Assembly: GCA_038217285.1 (NCBI GenBank)
Contig: JBBQPO010000001.1
Span: 1-64,000, forward strand
Origin: Chthonomonadales bacterium
GTDB lineage: Bacteria; Armatimonadota; Chthonomonadetes; Chthonomonadales; Chthonomonadaceae
Reading direction: 5' to 3'
DNA: 64,000 bases
The notes under the pieces were generated by a model that saw only the letters and a list, made by a program, of their open reading frames with translations, was not told where the DNA came from and searched no databases. Both the position numbers and the translations under genes were made by a program. Below, one piece after another: positions 28,561 through 38,900 of the stretch (positions are counted from its first letter, which is position 1; each line of letters begins with the position of its first letter).

Positions 28561-31500
28561 TTATACACCGGATGCGATGACGCTGTGGAGCATTGTAGAA
28601 ATGTATGACGTTTTGTCTTCGACCTGGAAGAGAACGTTGCGACTTGCAAACTCCGCTTTCTCATCGGCGGCCCACCAGCCGACTGACTTGAATGGAGTTG
28701 TCGAGACGATGAAGGAGTTCAGGACGACACTGGGGTCGCCCAGACGTGCCTCCAGCTCTTTGATGGTCTTGTAGAAGGCGATCTTCGGATCGTTTAGCCC
28801 GGCAAGATTGCGAATTCCTTTGGGGTCGATGAAGGTCACGAACTGTCGGTCGCCTTCGACAAGCCAGAGGATAAAGTCGGGATAGAAGTTGCCCGCCTCG
28901 AAGAAGCCGATGCCTCGGCCACGGCTCATATTGCGGAGAAGGTAGAGTTCGCGCCCCTGGAAGAACTCGCTATGGCTCTCATAGAACTTACGAAGGTCTT
29001 CGACGAAGTCGCGCTCGCCGACATTCAGTGGAACCGGCGTGATCTCCAGCAGTTTGTTCTTGAGATGCAGCAACGGTCTGTAGAGATGTCGGGAGAACCC
29101 GAGCGCCACAAGCGAATCGAAACTCCAGCCATCCTCGCGGAGTTGTCCGGAGGTAACCAGTGATTTCAGTTCCGTCAGTTTGGCGACGACCTCCTCCCGT
29201 TCCTGGTCTACCCAGATTCGGTACTGCTGGATGAAGTTCGGGTCGTCGGGAGCAATCTCTCGGTACTGCGTATGGGGCCGTTCGAACTCCGCTTTGCGGT
29301 AGAGATAGAGCCTTTCCACGTATTTCTTGAGCAGGGCGACAGCGATCTCCTGCCAGCGACGCACCTTACCGAAATCGGTAAAATCCAGTTCCGCTGCCGG
29401 AATGTAGAGCGTATACCAGTCGTCGCGTTGGAGTATCTCAGAGACAGCCTCTCGGGAGAGGTTCAGGTTATACCAGGAACGCTCCGCCTTGTAGTTCTGC
29501 AGCGCAAACCAGATTTCGTCCCAATTGAAGAACGCCGTATGGAGAGGCGTCAACTTGTGCGTCTCCAGAGCGCTCTCATCCGCTGGACGGCCTGTTCCCT
29601 TGCTCTGTTGCGCTTGAATCCTGGGATACCAGTTCAATGAAACCGGCGGCAATCCTCCGGCTGGGGGCTCCAGATTCGGTTTCGTTCCCTGCCGCTTAAA
29701 ATCAACATCCTTCGGAACGTCCAGCACTTTTAATCTCCTTGATCCAAGGTTGTTGATGACCGGAAGTTCGAAAACGTCTTCTGAATCGCCAGGGGGAACA
29801 CCCTCCTCTTCAAGCATCTCCTTAAACTGGGTCATGTAGTCGGCACGAACGCCGAACACATTCAGGGTTTCCAGGAAACGAAGGGACTTCGGCGGTTTGG
29901 GATTCAGTTCTAGCATGGACGAGCGTTTCAAGCTCATCTCATGCCCCTTCAGGCGCACGCCACGCCCGAAAAGCTGAATGATCTGCGATCCTTCCGAGCG
30001 CCCGATGTTCATCAGTCCCATCGTCGAGACCCGCCAACTGTTCCAGCCTTCTGTAAACTTACGAGAACCGATGAGGATGTTGACCCTGGAATCTTTATCG
30101 TTGAGGCGTGCGAAGACCGAACCGCTAAACTGCTTCTCCCCGGTTATTAGCCCGGCCGCTTCGCAAAGCGCGTGTAGCCTCGGAGCGTCGCCGACGTTGA
30201 TGACGCCAAAAGCCTCATTGTCGCCCAGACGCAGAGTCAACTCGCCGTTCGAGCCTTTGAGCAGATCCACATGGAGAGCGGCCTGGAAGGGAGCATTGCA
30301 TACCAGATCCAGGATACCTTCGTAGGCTTGCTGACCGGTCATCCCCGACGTGTTCAAGTAATCGAAGGCGCCGGAGCCAAAAACGGAGCGGCCCTTCTGA
30401 TCTCGCAAAGAGCCATCGTAGTTCAGGAGCCTCTGCAAGCGAACAACCGATTTCGCGCCTGCATTCGCAATGAACTCTTTGAAGAAGAGCAGCACCGTGG
30501 TGACGTCCGAGACTTCGCGTTTGTCCTCTGTGCGAACGGCATTCACGCTGCCGCCGACGAAGATGGCGAGAGGCTTTTCCAGCAGGAACTTCGCAAATTC
30601 GGCACCCTTATCTTTGTATAAGCGGATCTGCTGATAGAAGGAGAGCAGGCAGGCGGTCAGGTAGAGATTCCGTATCTCGGCATCCTGGTCCTCTACGAGG
30701 TTCAGGATGCGATACTCTTTCCCGTAGCCGTCGCGATAGAAATACTTGTAGGAGTAGTCGAACAAGATACACCGCGCATACTCCTGCTCTAGTTTCCGTT
30801 GCGTGGCTCCGGCAGCGGCACGGACGACCTGGCCGAAAGTCGCAGAGTATTCAAAGGAAAAGCCCTGCTCGGCGAGCCTGTCACGCATCGACTTCCAGAC
30901 TTCGCCGCTTGCACCGCGATGGCCTTCGTCTACCAGCACCAGGTTGTTACCTTCGAAGGCTTCGATAGCGACCGCCTTATCGCCCATCTCTTCCTTGAGT
31001 TTGGTGATCTCGATGACCTCGACAGCCTTGCCGGAGAAGAGCGATGCGCCGTCCTTCCGGAAGATGTCGGCTTCGATACCGGACTTCGCGAACTCCTCCA
31101 GGTGCTGCCGTGACAGCCCTTCGTTCGGCGTCAACAGGATGATTCGGTTCAGGTCGCGCCCGCGCCCATGAGAGTTCAGATAGTGCTTGTACTGGAGGAT
31201 ATTGACGTGCATGAGCAGCGTTTTGCCGGAACCGGTGGCGCTCCAAAACGCGATTTTCCGCAGGTCTTCCAGTTTGTAAAGCTCAATGCCCGCAGCGTTG
31301 TCTCGATTGAACTCCCTGGAGAATGTATTCAAGTCAGCCAGCAAGCCGTTGAGATCCCGGAAATAGCGGTCGAGATAGATCTCGGCAAAAAGCAGGCTGA
31401 GATACTGGAAATACTTCCACTGCATCGGCTCGGGGCGACTTGCACTGATCGTCTGCGTATGCCGGACGATATTGTTGTCGTAGCGCAGGAGGTCGTCGTC

Positions 31501-31737
31501 CCGCAAATTGGCGCGTTCGACCGTCCGGTTGACCAACTGTTTGTGCAGGTGCGAGACGTTATCAACGTCAAGCCCTTCCAACTCCGGTCGCTTCAACTCC
31601 GAGGCAAGGTCTTCAAACCGCTCGACTTCGAAAAGCGACAGCATCCAGCGCACAAGAACCAGCTTCTGGTCGAAGCGCAAGGCAGGAGCAAGCATCTGCG
31701 GTTGCCCCGCATAGACCTGGGTGCGAGCGCGCCGCAT
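28561..31737 (-). CDS. Type III R-M restriction (Res) subunit-like helicase/nuclease
   Basis: ATGSGKT Walker A, DEGH, YSATF, QLFGRGVRL, C-terminal FYPDFILW...FIDPKG PD-(D/E)xK motif. Confidence 0.92.
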   Translation of the reverse strand: MRRARTQVYAGQPQMLAPALRFDQKLVLVRWMLSLFEVERFEDLASELKRPELEGLDVDNVSHLHKQLVNRTVERANLRDDDLLRYDNNIVRHTQTISASRPEPMQWKYFQYLSLLFAEIYLDRYFRDLNGLLADLNTFSREFNRDNAAGIELYKLEDLRKIAFWSATGSGKTLLMHVNILQYKHYLNSHGRGRDLNRIILLTPNEGLSRQHLEEFAKSGIEADIFRKDGASLFSGKAVEVIEITKLKEEMGDKAVAIEAFEGNNLVLVDEGHRGASGEVWKSMRDRLAEQGFSFEYSATFGQVVRAAAGATQRKLEQEYARCILFDYSYKYFYRDGYGKEYRILNLVEDQDAEIRNLYLTACLLSFYQQIRLYKDKGAEFAKFLLEKPLAIFVGGSVNAVRTEDKREVSDVTTVLLFFKEFIANAGAKSVVRLQRLLNYDGSLRDQKGRSVFGSGAFDYLNTSGMTGQQAYEGILDLVCNAPFQAALHVDLLKGSNGELTLRLGDNEAFGVINVGDAPRLHALCEAAGLITGEKQFSGSVFARLNDKDSRVNILIGSRKFTEGWNSWRVSTMGLMNIGRSEGSQIIQLFGRGVRLKGHEMSLKRSSMLELNPKPPKSLRFLETLNVFGVRADYMTQFKEMLEEEGVPPGDSEDVFELPVINNLGSRRLKVLDVPKDVDFKRQGTKPNLEPPAGGLPPVSLNWYPRIQAQQSKGTGRPADESALETHKLTPLHTAFFNWDEIWFALQNYKAERSWYNLNLSREAVSEILQRDDWYTLYIPAAELDFTDFGKVRRWQEIAVALLKKYVERLYLYRKAEFERPHTQYREIAPDDPNFIQQYRIWVDQEREEVVAKLTELKSLVTSGQLREDGWSFDSLVALGFSRHLYRPLLHLKNKLLEITPVPLNVGERDFVEDLRKFYESHSEFFQGRELYLLRNMSRGRGIGFFEAGNFYPDFILWLVEGDRQFVTFIDPKGIRNLAGLNDPKIAFYKTIKELEARLGDPSVVLNSFIVSTTPFKSVGWWAADEKAEFASRNVLFQVEDKTSYISTMLHSVIASGV

Positions 31738-32759
31738 CAGTTGTTCTCCTCGGACGAGCGCCCCTGAATCCGCTTTACTTCCCGCTCGAAATCGCTTTCG
31801 AACGCTCTGTCCTGCTTGACCCGAAATTCGGCATATTGCGCTTCGGCAAGCTGCTTTGCCACTTCCCTGGATACTTCGCCCGGGTTCGTCAAGACTTCGT
31901 ATTCGTTGAACTTGAGGAACGCGTCGAGACGGGCGACCCAGTCGGTCATTCGCATAGGAATATGGCGGGCAGCCTGATTTTCGGCATAGTCAAGGTACAT
32001 GCCGACGATGCGTTCGAGTTCTTTGATCTCCTGCTCGATGAGATAGTTCTTCGCCACGCAGACGTCGGCTTTCAGGATCTTTCCGTCCGGCCCGTTCTTC
32101 CAGTGGGTCAGTCCCATGCTCGGCCTGGAAGCGTCCGCACGAGAAGCGATGATCTCTGCCGCCGTCTGTCCTGTGACAGCCCAGTGAAGCTTGTTCTGCA
32201 CCGTGGCGAAGAATGTCTTCGTGATCTCGGCGTCTTTGTCGTAGTCTATGCTCGCCTGCTCATAGATGTCCGTGATCTTGAGGTAGAACCGTCGTTCGCT
32301 GGCGCGAATTTCGCGTATCCGCTCCAGCAACTGGTCGAAGAAGTCTTTCCCAAAGCGTGTGTTCAGTTTCAGACGCTCATCATCGAGGACAAAGCCCTTT
32401 ACGACAAACTCTTTGAGCGTTTGCGTCGCCCAGATGCGAAACTGCGTCGCCTGGAGACTATTGACCCGGTAGCCAACGGAGATAACCGCATCGACACTGT
32501 AGAACTGCACCTGATATGTCTTTCCGTCATCGGCAGTATGTGCAAATTTTGCACATACTGCCTCGCTGTCCAGTTCGCCCTCGTCAAAGATGTTAGACAA
32601 ATGCTTGGTGATGACACTGCGATCAACCGCAAATAGTTCGGCCATTCGCTTTTGTGTCAGCCAAAACGTGTCCTCGTCAAAGAGAACCTCTACCTTTACC
32701 GTTCCGTCATGCGACCGGTAGAGAATGACGTCACCCCGCTTGAGTTCCGGCTGATCCAT
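31737..32759 (-). CDS. rhuM: RhuM-family protein (second copy)
   Basis: FWLTQKRMAELF, VISVGYRVNSLQATQFRIWAT, KGFVLDDERLK, VQNKLHWA; start MDQPE overlaps the mod stop. Confidence 0.92.
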   Translation of the reverse strand: MDQPELKRGDVILYRSHDGTVKVEVLFDEDTFWLTQKRMAELFAVDRSVITKHLSNIFDEGELDSEAVCAKFAHTADDGKTYQVQFYSVDAVISVGYRVNSLQATQFRIWATQTLKEFVVKGFVLDDERLKLNTRFGKDFFDQLLERIREIRASERRFYLKITDIYEQASIDYDKDAEITKTFFATVQNKLHWAVTGQTAAEIIASRADASRPSMGLTHWKNGPDGKILKADVCVAKNYLIEQEIKELERIVGMYLDYAENQAARHIPMRMTDWVARLDAFLKFNEYEVLTNPGEVSREVAKQLAEAQYAEFRVKQDRAFESDFEREVKRIQGRSSEENN

Positions 32760-35700
32760 TAAATGTTCTCCACATCCCACATCAGACGATGGAAATCTTC
32801 TTCAATGAGGCGGACTTTCCATGTCTGGTCGTCCCTCTTAAAATTTTGCAGGTTGTTGTCGCCATTGACATAGATGACATCGAACTCCTGGTCGAGCGTA
32901 TTATAGGTCTGCTTGCGGAAAAACTCGTCGAGCTTATCGTTCGGGTTCTCCACTGTATCCCGCCAGATGATAAGGGCCTTCTCCCCATTTTCGCTGTTGC
33001 CCGGACCAGGCAAGCGACCGGTGACCACATGGAAACCGCGAATGACGTCCATCGTCTGCACACGAAGCCCAAGCAGCCAGTTGAATGTCTCGGCAAGGTC
33101 AACATTTACTTCCTTTGTCTCACCAATCGTGTCCGTAGCAACTTTGAGTTTGTACTGGAATGGGTGGGCGAATTCCTGGATATTGAGCATCGCCTGACTG
33201 CCCGCCGTTGCATCCTCTAGAACGTAGTGGAGCATATAATCTTCGCGCAACGTGTCATTTGATGCCAACAAGTCGGTTTGAAGGCTATTTGGCTTGTTGA
33301 TTTCCAAGTTAGTGAGGGCATCTTCGTAGGATTCGAGACGAAGAACCTTAATGATCCGTGGGCTACGTTCTACCTCTTTGACAGTAGCACGACGTTTGGG
33401 CTTTCCGTCCTTCCATTCCGGAGCATATGTTACTTTTTTAATGCGAGGTACTAGCACGGTGTCAAAGTATGTCCCCATTTCAACAAGGGAGAATTTACGC
33501 CGCCCTCCATCGTCGCGATTGAGGTTGATTACGGCATGTCCTGTGGTCCCAGAGCCTCCAAAAAAGTCTAAGATAAGTGGCTCCTCATATTGATAGCTCA
33601 TTGCCTCAACGGCATCAAGGACTGTATAGATTGACTTCGGATAAGAAAATGCCTCGCGGTTGCCAAGGATTTCTGCAACGAGAGCAGTGCCGTGTGGACC
33701 AGCGTTATACCTACTGTCAGTCCAATTGCTCATAAGACTACTTCGCTTGCCCTGAGTATCGACGACAAGTTTTATTGAGCCACCTTCGGTCATCACAATT
33801 TCTCCTGTTGCGAGACCTTTGACGGCTGATTCGTATGCTCTGCACCACACTTTTTCTTCGCCATTAGGACTAATGGGATAGCGTCTCGTATATCCCTCAG
33901 CAGTTTTGGCCGTTGGGTATGGTCCGGATGGGCCTGGCGACGGTTCAATTCCAACAATCTTGTTGGAATCATCTACAAGTAGTGCATAAAAACTGTTTGA
34001 GCGTCCTGCTCGGGCCTTGTTATCGCCAGGTCCACTCAACATAAAACTTCGGTATTCGATGTCTCCAGATTTAGCTTTTCCCTTGAGAATGTCATTGCCT
34101 GACGGAGTCAGCATAAGCATATATTCGTGAGTCCGTGAAACGTTATGGCTCATGCCTCCTTGAGGATGATGATTTACGACTACCATGTTGCGATCATAGT
34201 CAGTAAAGATACTGTCAACCAATTCACACAGGCGAGCCAATTCCAGGTCGTCGATCGCAATTGCATAGCATGCGTCCTTGTGCAAAAGATGTAACGATCT
34301 GTAAAGTCGATCATTCATAAGCGATAACCAAGACGCATCGCGGTACGAGTTTTTATAGATGATCTCAGATTGGCCAGTATTGTAGGGAGGATCAATGTAA
34401 ATACATTGCACTTGTGATCTATATCGTTGGTCCATGACGCCAAGCGCTTGGAAGTTCTCGCTTCTGAACATCAAGCCATCAGTCAATTCGTTTAGATCAC
34501 CCAGTACTCTTAGCAACGAATCAGTAAAGGCTTCATTGTAATGACGTGTATCTACTACCAATGTAGGATTCGCGTTCAGGAAATCCAATGTCAGCGGAAT
34601 CGTATATCCAGGCTGTTCGAGATCCTGCTCTATTTCATCTATAGCACACAGGTTTATCCACTCTAAACGTTGGGCATCGTTCGCCATAATGTCGTTATAT
34701 AGCAACTTTGGCACACAGTTGAGAGTGACCAAGTATTGCGTTTCGACGACAAACTTCTTCTTGAGCCAGAGACGTTTCTGGAAGTCCTCAAGTTGGGCCA
34801 GAAATTCGATAATTTTGCTGGCGACCCGGCGAATTGCGCGCACTTTCGCCAAATACTGTTCGACCTTGGGAGCGGAGGCGTCTTCGATGTCATCGAGGTG
34901 CATGACCTCGTTCTTGATGTAGAAATCGAGTTCCCGCCGCAGGAAGCCGCCAAGGTCTTTGTGGATGAAATAGTCGAAGGTATTTCGAGCGGTATAGTCT
35001 GTTAGGTGCTTAGCCAGGACGGTTCGGGTAGGCTCTTTCGCGGTCGGAGCCGTCGCGTTGAGCAGTCCCTTCCACTCAGCAGGAGCCAAGGACAAGATCG
35101 CTTCTTCTGCCACGCCGTTCAGGTCTTTCTGCTTGCGCTTGGAGGCATCGTTGCGATATTCGAAGCGGAGGAATAGCTCGCCGTTCTCCTCTATGATCGG
35201 GTCCGCTTCGACCAGGATGAAGACGCGTTTCTCCGTCTCCTTATTGTTGTCTCGCTCCGTCTGAGCGTCGGCCAGTTTGAAGTGAACGCGTTTTTCGCCG
35301 CCTGCTTTGAATGTGTAGTCGCGGAAGTGTTCGGCAGTCTTGATGTAGTACTGGTCGGCGTTCGCCCAGTGGAGTTTGACTTCCTCGCCTTCATAGGGGA
35401 TAGCATAGACGCCCTCTTTATAACGGCGCAGGCTGAGAAAGTCCCCTTCGTCGTAGTAGCGGCGGAAGAAGTTGTAAAGGTGGTTGAAGACTTCCTGCTC
35501 CAGCGCGCCCAGATCGCCCGCACCTGCATAGTTCGCGCGGAGTTCACGGACTTTGGGGCTGTCGTCGGGATTCATGCCCGCATTCCGAATCTGATTCTCC
35601 AGAGTTTCGAGTTCGTGCAGTCCGGCGCTGCCGATATCGCCCTGGGCGGCGTGCAGCACTTGTTTGACCTGTGGCAGCAGGTCGCGTTCGAGGAAGCGGA

Positions 35701-35812
35701 CGATCTCATCTCGCTTTGAGTTCATAATTCGGTAGATGCCGAAGTCGAGATCCGCCTGGTCGAGTTGAAATATCTCGGTCAGTTTGGAAAGCAGTTTATC
35801 GTAGTTCGTCAT
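32759..35812 (-). CDS. Type III R-M adenine methyltransferase (Mod)
   Basis: [10 protein letters not shown] (motif IV) precedes [11 protein letters not shown] (motif I), the beta-class order; [12 protein letters not shown]-terminus; AT-richer central TRD. Confidence 0.93.
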   Translation of the reverse strand: MTNYDKLLSKLTEIFQLDQADLDFGIYRIMNSKRDEIVRFLERDLLPQVKQVLHAAQGDIGSAGLHELETLENQIRNAGMNPDDSPKVRELRANYAGAGDLGALEQEVFNHLYNFFRRYYDEGDFLSLRRYKEGVYAIPYEGEEVKLHWANADQYYIKTAEHFRDYTFKAGGEKRVHFKLADAQTERDNNKETEKRVFILVEADPIIEENGELFLRFEYRNDASKRKQKDLNGVAEEAILSLAPAEWKGLLNATAPTAKEPTRTVLAKHLTDYTARNTFDYFIHKDLGGFLRRELDFYIKNEVMHLDDIEDASAPKVEQYLAKVRAIRRVASKIIEFLAQLEDFQKRLWLKKKFVVETQYLVTLNCVPKLLYNDIMANDAQRLEWINLCAIDEIEQDLEQPGYTIPLTLDFLNANPTLVVDTRHYNEAFTDSLLRVLGDLNELTDGLMFRSENFQALGVMDQRYRSQVQCIYIDPPYNTGQSEIIYKNSYRDASWLSLMNDRLYRSLHLLHKDACYAIAIDDLELARLCELVDSIFTDYDRNMVVVNHHPQGGMSHNVSRTHEYMLMLTPSGNDILKGKAKSGDIEYRSFMLSGPGDNKARAGRSNSFYALLVDDSNKIVGIEPSPGPSGPYPTAKTAEGYTRRYPISPNGEEKVWCRAYESAVKGLATGEIVMTEGGSIKLVVDTQGKRSSLMSNWTDSRYNAGPHGTALVAEILGNREAFSYPKSIYTVLDAVEAMSYQYEEPLILDFFGGSGTTGHAVINLNRDDGGRRKFSLVEMGTYFDTVLVPRIKKVTYAPEWKDGKPKRRATVKEVERSPRIIKVLRLESYEDALTNLEINKPNSLQTDLLASNDTLREDYMLHYVLEDATAGSQAMLNIQEFAHPFQYKLKVATDTIGETKEVNVDLAETFNWLLGLRVQTMDVIRGFHVVTGRLPGPGNSENGEKALIIWRDTVENPNDKLDEFFRKQTYNTLDQEFDVIYVNGDNNLQNFKRDDQTWKVRLIEEDFHRLMWDVENI

Positions 35813-38673
35813 TAGATGATCCTCCAGCGGATCGTGAAAAGGTTGTCGGAATAGGTTTTCTGTTGCATGCGTTTCTCAAGAGCGCCGATGAGCAGGTTGC
35901 GCTTTTCGATGATTTCGTCTTCGATCTCAAATATCCGTTGCCGTTGTCGGCGCTGCCTTTGCTCCAGGTCGCGGATTTTGCTCTGAAAGGCGATCTGTTC
36001 TTCCGTGGTGGGAGCCTGCCGCGCCTGCCGATTGGCCTCCCGGAGCTGACCTTTAATGTCTTTCAACTCTTTTTCGGCCGCAAGGATCATGTCATCCGCC
36101 CACTTCTCCAGGCGTTCACGCTCCTCATTCATAAAGCGATTGTTGGCTTCGAAGGATTGATGCATCGTCGCCTTTTGATGCTGCGCTGATTCGGCGGTCA
36201 GTCGCTCGGGCAGCGCCGAGCCATCGACCAGAGCGGTGACTGCGCCTCCGCACAAGAACACCTTTTCCAGAACTTCCTGATCTACCGATGCACCGCTATC
36301 GGTAAAGCCAGACAGCAAAATGTACTCTTCACGCTCGAACGCGTCGATGACAAGCTTATTGAGCGTCATCCAGCCAGCCTGCCCTTGCAAGCCTTCGACC
36401 ACACTCAGGCGACCACGATGACTTGTGACGTCGAAGGTCACCTCTGCCAATGGGGTCGGGCACGCCTTCGCGCGGTCGATCACATGCTCTCCAAGTGGAT
36501 GAGAAAGCCGATACAGGAAATCGCCATCGATATTCTCTTTGCTCTTCGAGATGAGATGGTAGGTTCCTGTTGGGATGTCCGAGATCGGCGGACTGTTGAG
36601 ATCGAAAGCCAGCGCATCGTCATCGAACACGGCGGCATCTCCGATGATATGCTCGGTAAGCCACCAGAACTGCTTTCCAAATCGGTCGAGTTGCTGCTGC
36701 GCGCCTTCTAGTTGCAGGCGCAGGCGCTGATGGATCTCTTCGTCAAAAAACTCCAACAGCATCTGTCGCGTTGAGGCCATGCGGGCCTTGATGCTGGCAT
36801 CGAGTTGTTGCCGCAATTCGCGAAAGGCGACCTCGATCTGCGCGTTTGTTCGACAGGACTGATAGATGTCGTAAATCCGCTTTTCGAAATCGACCCCGGA
36901 TTCTATGCTTCCGAGGACTTCATCGGACGCGCCGAAAACACCATCGAACAGTTGAAACTTCTCCTCCAGGAGTTCAAAGGTGCGCTGATCGGCAGCGTTG
37001 CGCTCATTGACGAAGTTGATGACCACAACGTCGTGCTTCTGCCCATACCGATGACAGCGCCCGATTCGTTGCTCGATCCGTTGTGGGTTCCACGGCAGGT
37101 CGTAGTTCACGACCAGGCTGCAAAACTGAAGGTTCACGCCCTCGGCCGCCGCTTCCGTAGCAATAAGGATCTCGGCGTGATTCTTGAACTCCTCGATGAT
37201 AGCGGAGCGCGCATCGACATCTCGCGAGCCTGTGACTTTGCCGGAGCCTTTATTGGCAGCGACCCAGCGATCGGTAAGCTTCCGAGCCTCCTCGTCGTTA
37301 TTCGAGCCGTTGAAGCGAACGACTTTGCCCGCGTACCCATTGGCATCGAGGAAGTTGCGAAGGTAGGACTGGGTGCGCCGCGACTCCGTGAAGATGAGCG
37401 CCTTTCGTGCAGCGCCGTTCTCCTGCATCTTCGTGAAGCCGATTTCGAGCGCGTTCAAAAGCGTGCGAGACTTGGAGTCTACTCCGATGCTCCGCGCCCA
37501 CCGAATGTAGTGATCCAGCTCTTGTATCTCGGCGTCGAGCTTTGCAACGTCGATGGCGGGAGCGTTCTCACTCTCCTCTTCGACGTCGATGGCGCCCTCA
37601 AAGAGGTCGTCGTCCTCAAGATCCTCCCCGGCGATGATTTTGTCGACAATGTCGCCCTCGGGCATACCTGACTTCAGGTCCATGAGCCGCTGTTTGATGA
37701 TCTCCAGCGTTCCCGCGATGGCCGGAGAGGACGAGGCGAGGATCTTCCTCAACCGGAGAGTCAAAAGTACGCGCTGGCGTTTGGGAATGCTGAAGGTCTC
37801 CGCGCGTTGGAGGAAGGTTGAAATAGCCTCGTAGAGAGTATGCTCTTCATCGGTAGGGTGGAACGGGCGAGTGACGGCCTGGCGCTTTGTATACTGGACG
37901 TATTCCAGCACATCCTTCCGCAGCGTCCGCTTGCAGAACCCTTTGAGGCGCGTCTTCAGATCGTCCAGGTCGGCATCCGCACCGACATAGAGCGCACGAA
38001 AGACGGACGGCTCTCCGAACATATACTCGTCGATGATGGAGGACATGCCGTAGAACTCCATTAAGGAGTTCTGGAGCGGGGTCGCCGTCAGGAGAATCTT
38101 CTTAGGCCCTTCAACGGCGAGACGAATAGCCTGTCCTGTTTTGTTGCTTGGCTGGTGGGCATTGCGCAGCTTATGCGCCTCGTCGATAACGACCAGATTC
38201 CAACCGACCGCGCGAATCTCGTCCTTCATTTTTGCGGCGAAATTGTACGAACAGATGACGACCTTACCGCCTTCGAACGGACTGGCGGCGCCACCGTTCT
38301 TCACCTGGTTGTAGGCACGAGCATCCAGAATGATCGAAGGCAGATTGAACTTCTCTTCAAGTTCTGTCGCCCACTGCTTGCGAATCGAGGCCGGACAGAT
38401 GACGAGAAGCCTGCGCTTACGCTCCGCCCAGAGTTGACAAAGAACAAGGCTTGCTTCGATGGTCTTGCCAAGACCGACTTCATCGGCAAGAAGGACGCCC
38501 TTGGAGACCGGCGACCGCAGCGCAAAAAGAGCGGCTTCAATTTGGTGGGGGTTCAGATCTACATTGGCATCGAATAAGGCCATTGAAAGCCTTTCGAGTC
38601 CCTCCCGCGATGCTTGCCGAGTCAGATCATGAGCGAAGTACTTCGCATGGTAGTCGGTAACGAGCAACGCCAT
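35812..38673 (-). CDS. SNF2/RapA-like helicase
   Basis: LADEVGLGKT, DEAH, LTATPLQN, EGVNLQF, EQRIGRCHRYGQ, C-terminal coiled coil. Confidence 0.93.
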   Translation of the reverse strand: MALLVTDYHAKYFAHDLTRQASREGLERLSMALFDANVDLNPHQIEAALFALRSPVSKGVLLADEVGLGKTIEASLVLCQLWAERKRRLLVICPASIRKQWATELEEKFNLPSIILDARAYNQVKNGGAASPFEGGKVVICSYNFAAKMKDEIRAVGWNLVVIDEAHKLRNAHQPSNKTGQAIRLAVEGPKKILLTATPLQNSLMEFYGMSSIIDEYMFGEPSVFRALYVGADADLDDLKTRLKGFCKRTLRKDVLEYVQYTKRQAVTRPFHPTDEEHTLYEAISTFLQRAETFSIPKRQRVLLTLRLRKILASSSPAIAGTLEIIKQRLMDLKSGMPEGDIVDKIIAGEDLEDDDLFEGAIDVEEESENAPAIDVAKLDAEIQELDHYIRWARSIGVDSKSRTLLNALEIGFTKMQENGAARKALIFTESRRTQSYLRNFLDANGYAGKVVRFNGSNNDEEARKLTDRWVAANKGSGKVTGSRDVDARSAIIEEFKNHAEILIATEAAAEGVNLQFCSLVVNYDLPWNPQRIEQRIGRCHRYGQKHDVVVINFVNERNAADQRTFELLEEKFQLFDGVFGASDEVLGSIESGVDFEKRIYDIYQSCRTNAQIEVAFRELRQQLDASIKARMASTRQMLLEFFDEEIHQRLRLQLEGAQQQLDRFGKQFWWLTEHIIGDAAVFDDDALAFDLNSPPISDIPTGTYHLISKSKENIDGDFLYRLSHPLGEHVIDRAKACPTPLAEVTFDVTSHRGRLSVVEGLQGQAGWMTLNKLVIDAFEREEYILLSGFTDSGASVDQEVLEKVFLCGGAVTALVDGSALPERLTAESAQHQKATMHQSFEANNRFMNEERERLEKWADDMILAAEKELKDIKGQLREANRQARQAPTTEEQIAFQSKIRDLEQRQRRQRQRIFEIEDEIIEKRNLLIGALEKRMQQKTYSDNLFTIRWRII

Positions 38674-38900
38674 GAAGGCAGATCTCCCTACTCTGGAAAA
38701 CTTAAACTGCTTCCAACATAACTGAACGCCCCGGCGAGGCTGGCCCCGATTGGGCTTCTACCGGTCGAGATAGGAAGAGGATAAATCAGTATACACGAAA
38801 ACAGGCAAGTGATGATCCTGCCCTTCACGCGTCAACAACCATTGTGTACGAAGCGTCCGTGTTGCCGGAGCAGCGCAAGTCGGCGGTAAGTGACCGCCCT

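Noticed and set aside
35812-38673. DISARM or BREX assignment for the SNF2 helicase + methylase
   Set aside because: No drmA/B/C, pglZ or brxC-like genes; the downstream gene has type III Res motifs.
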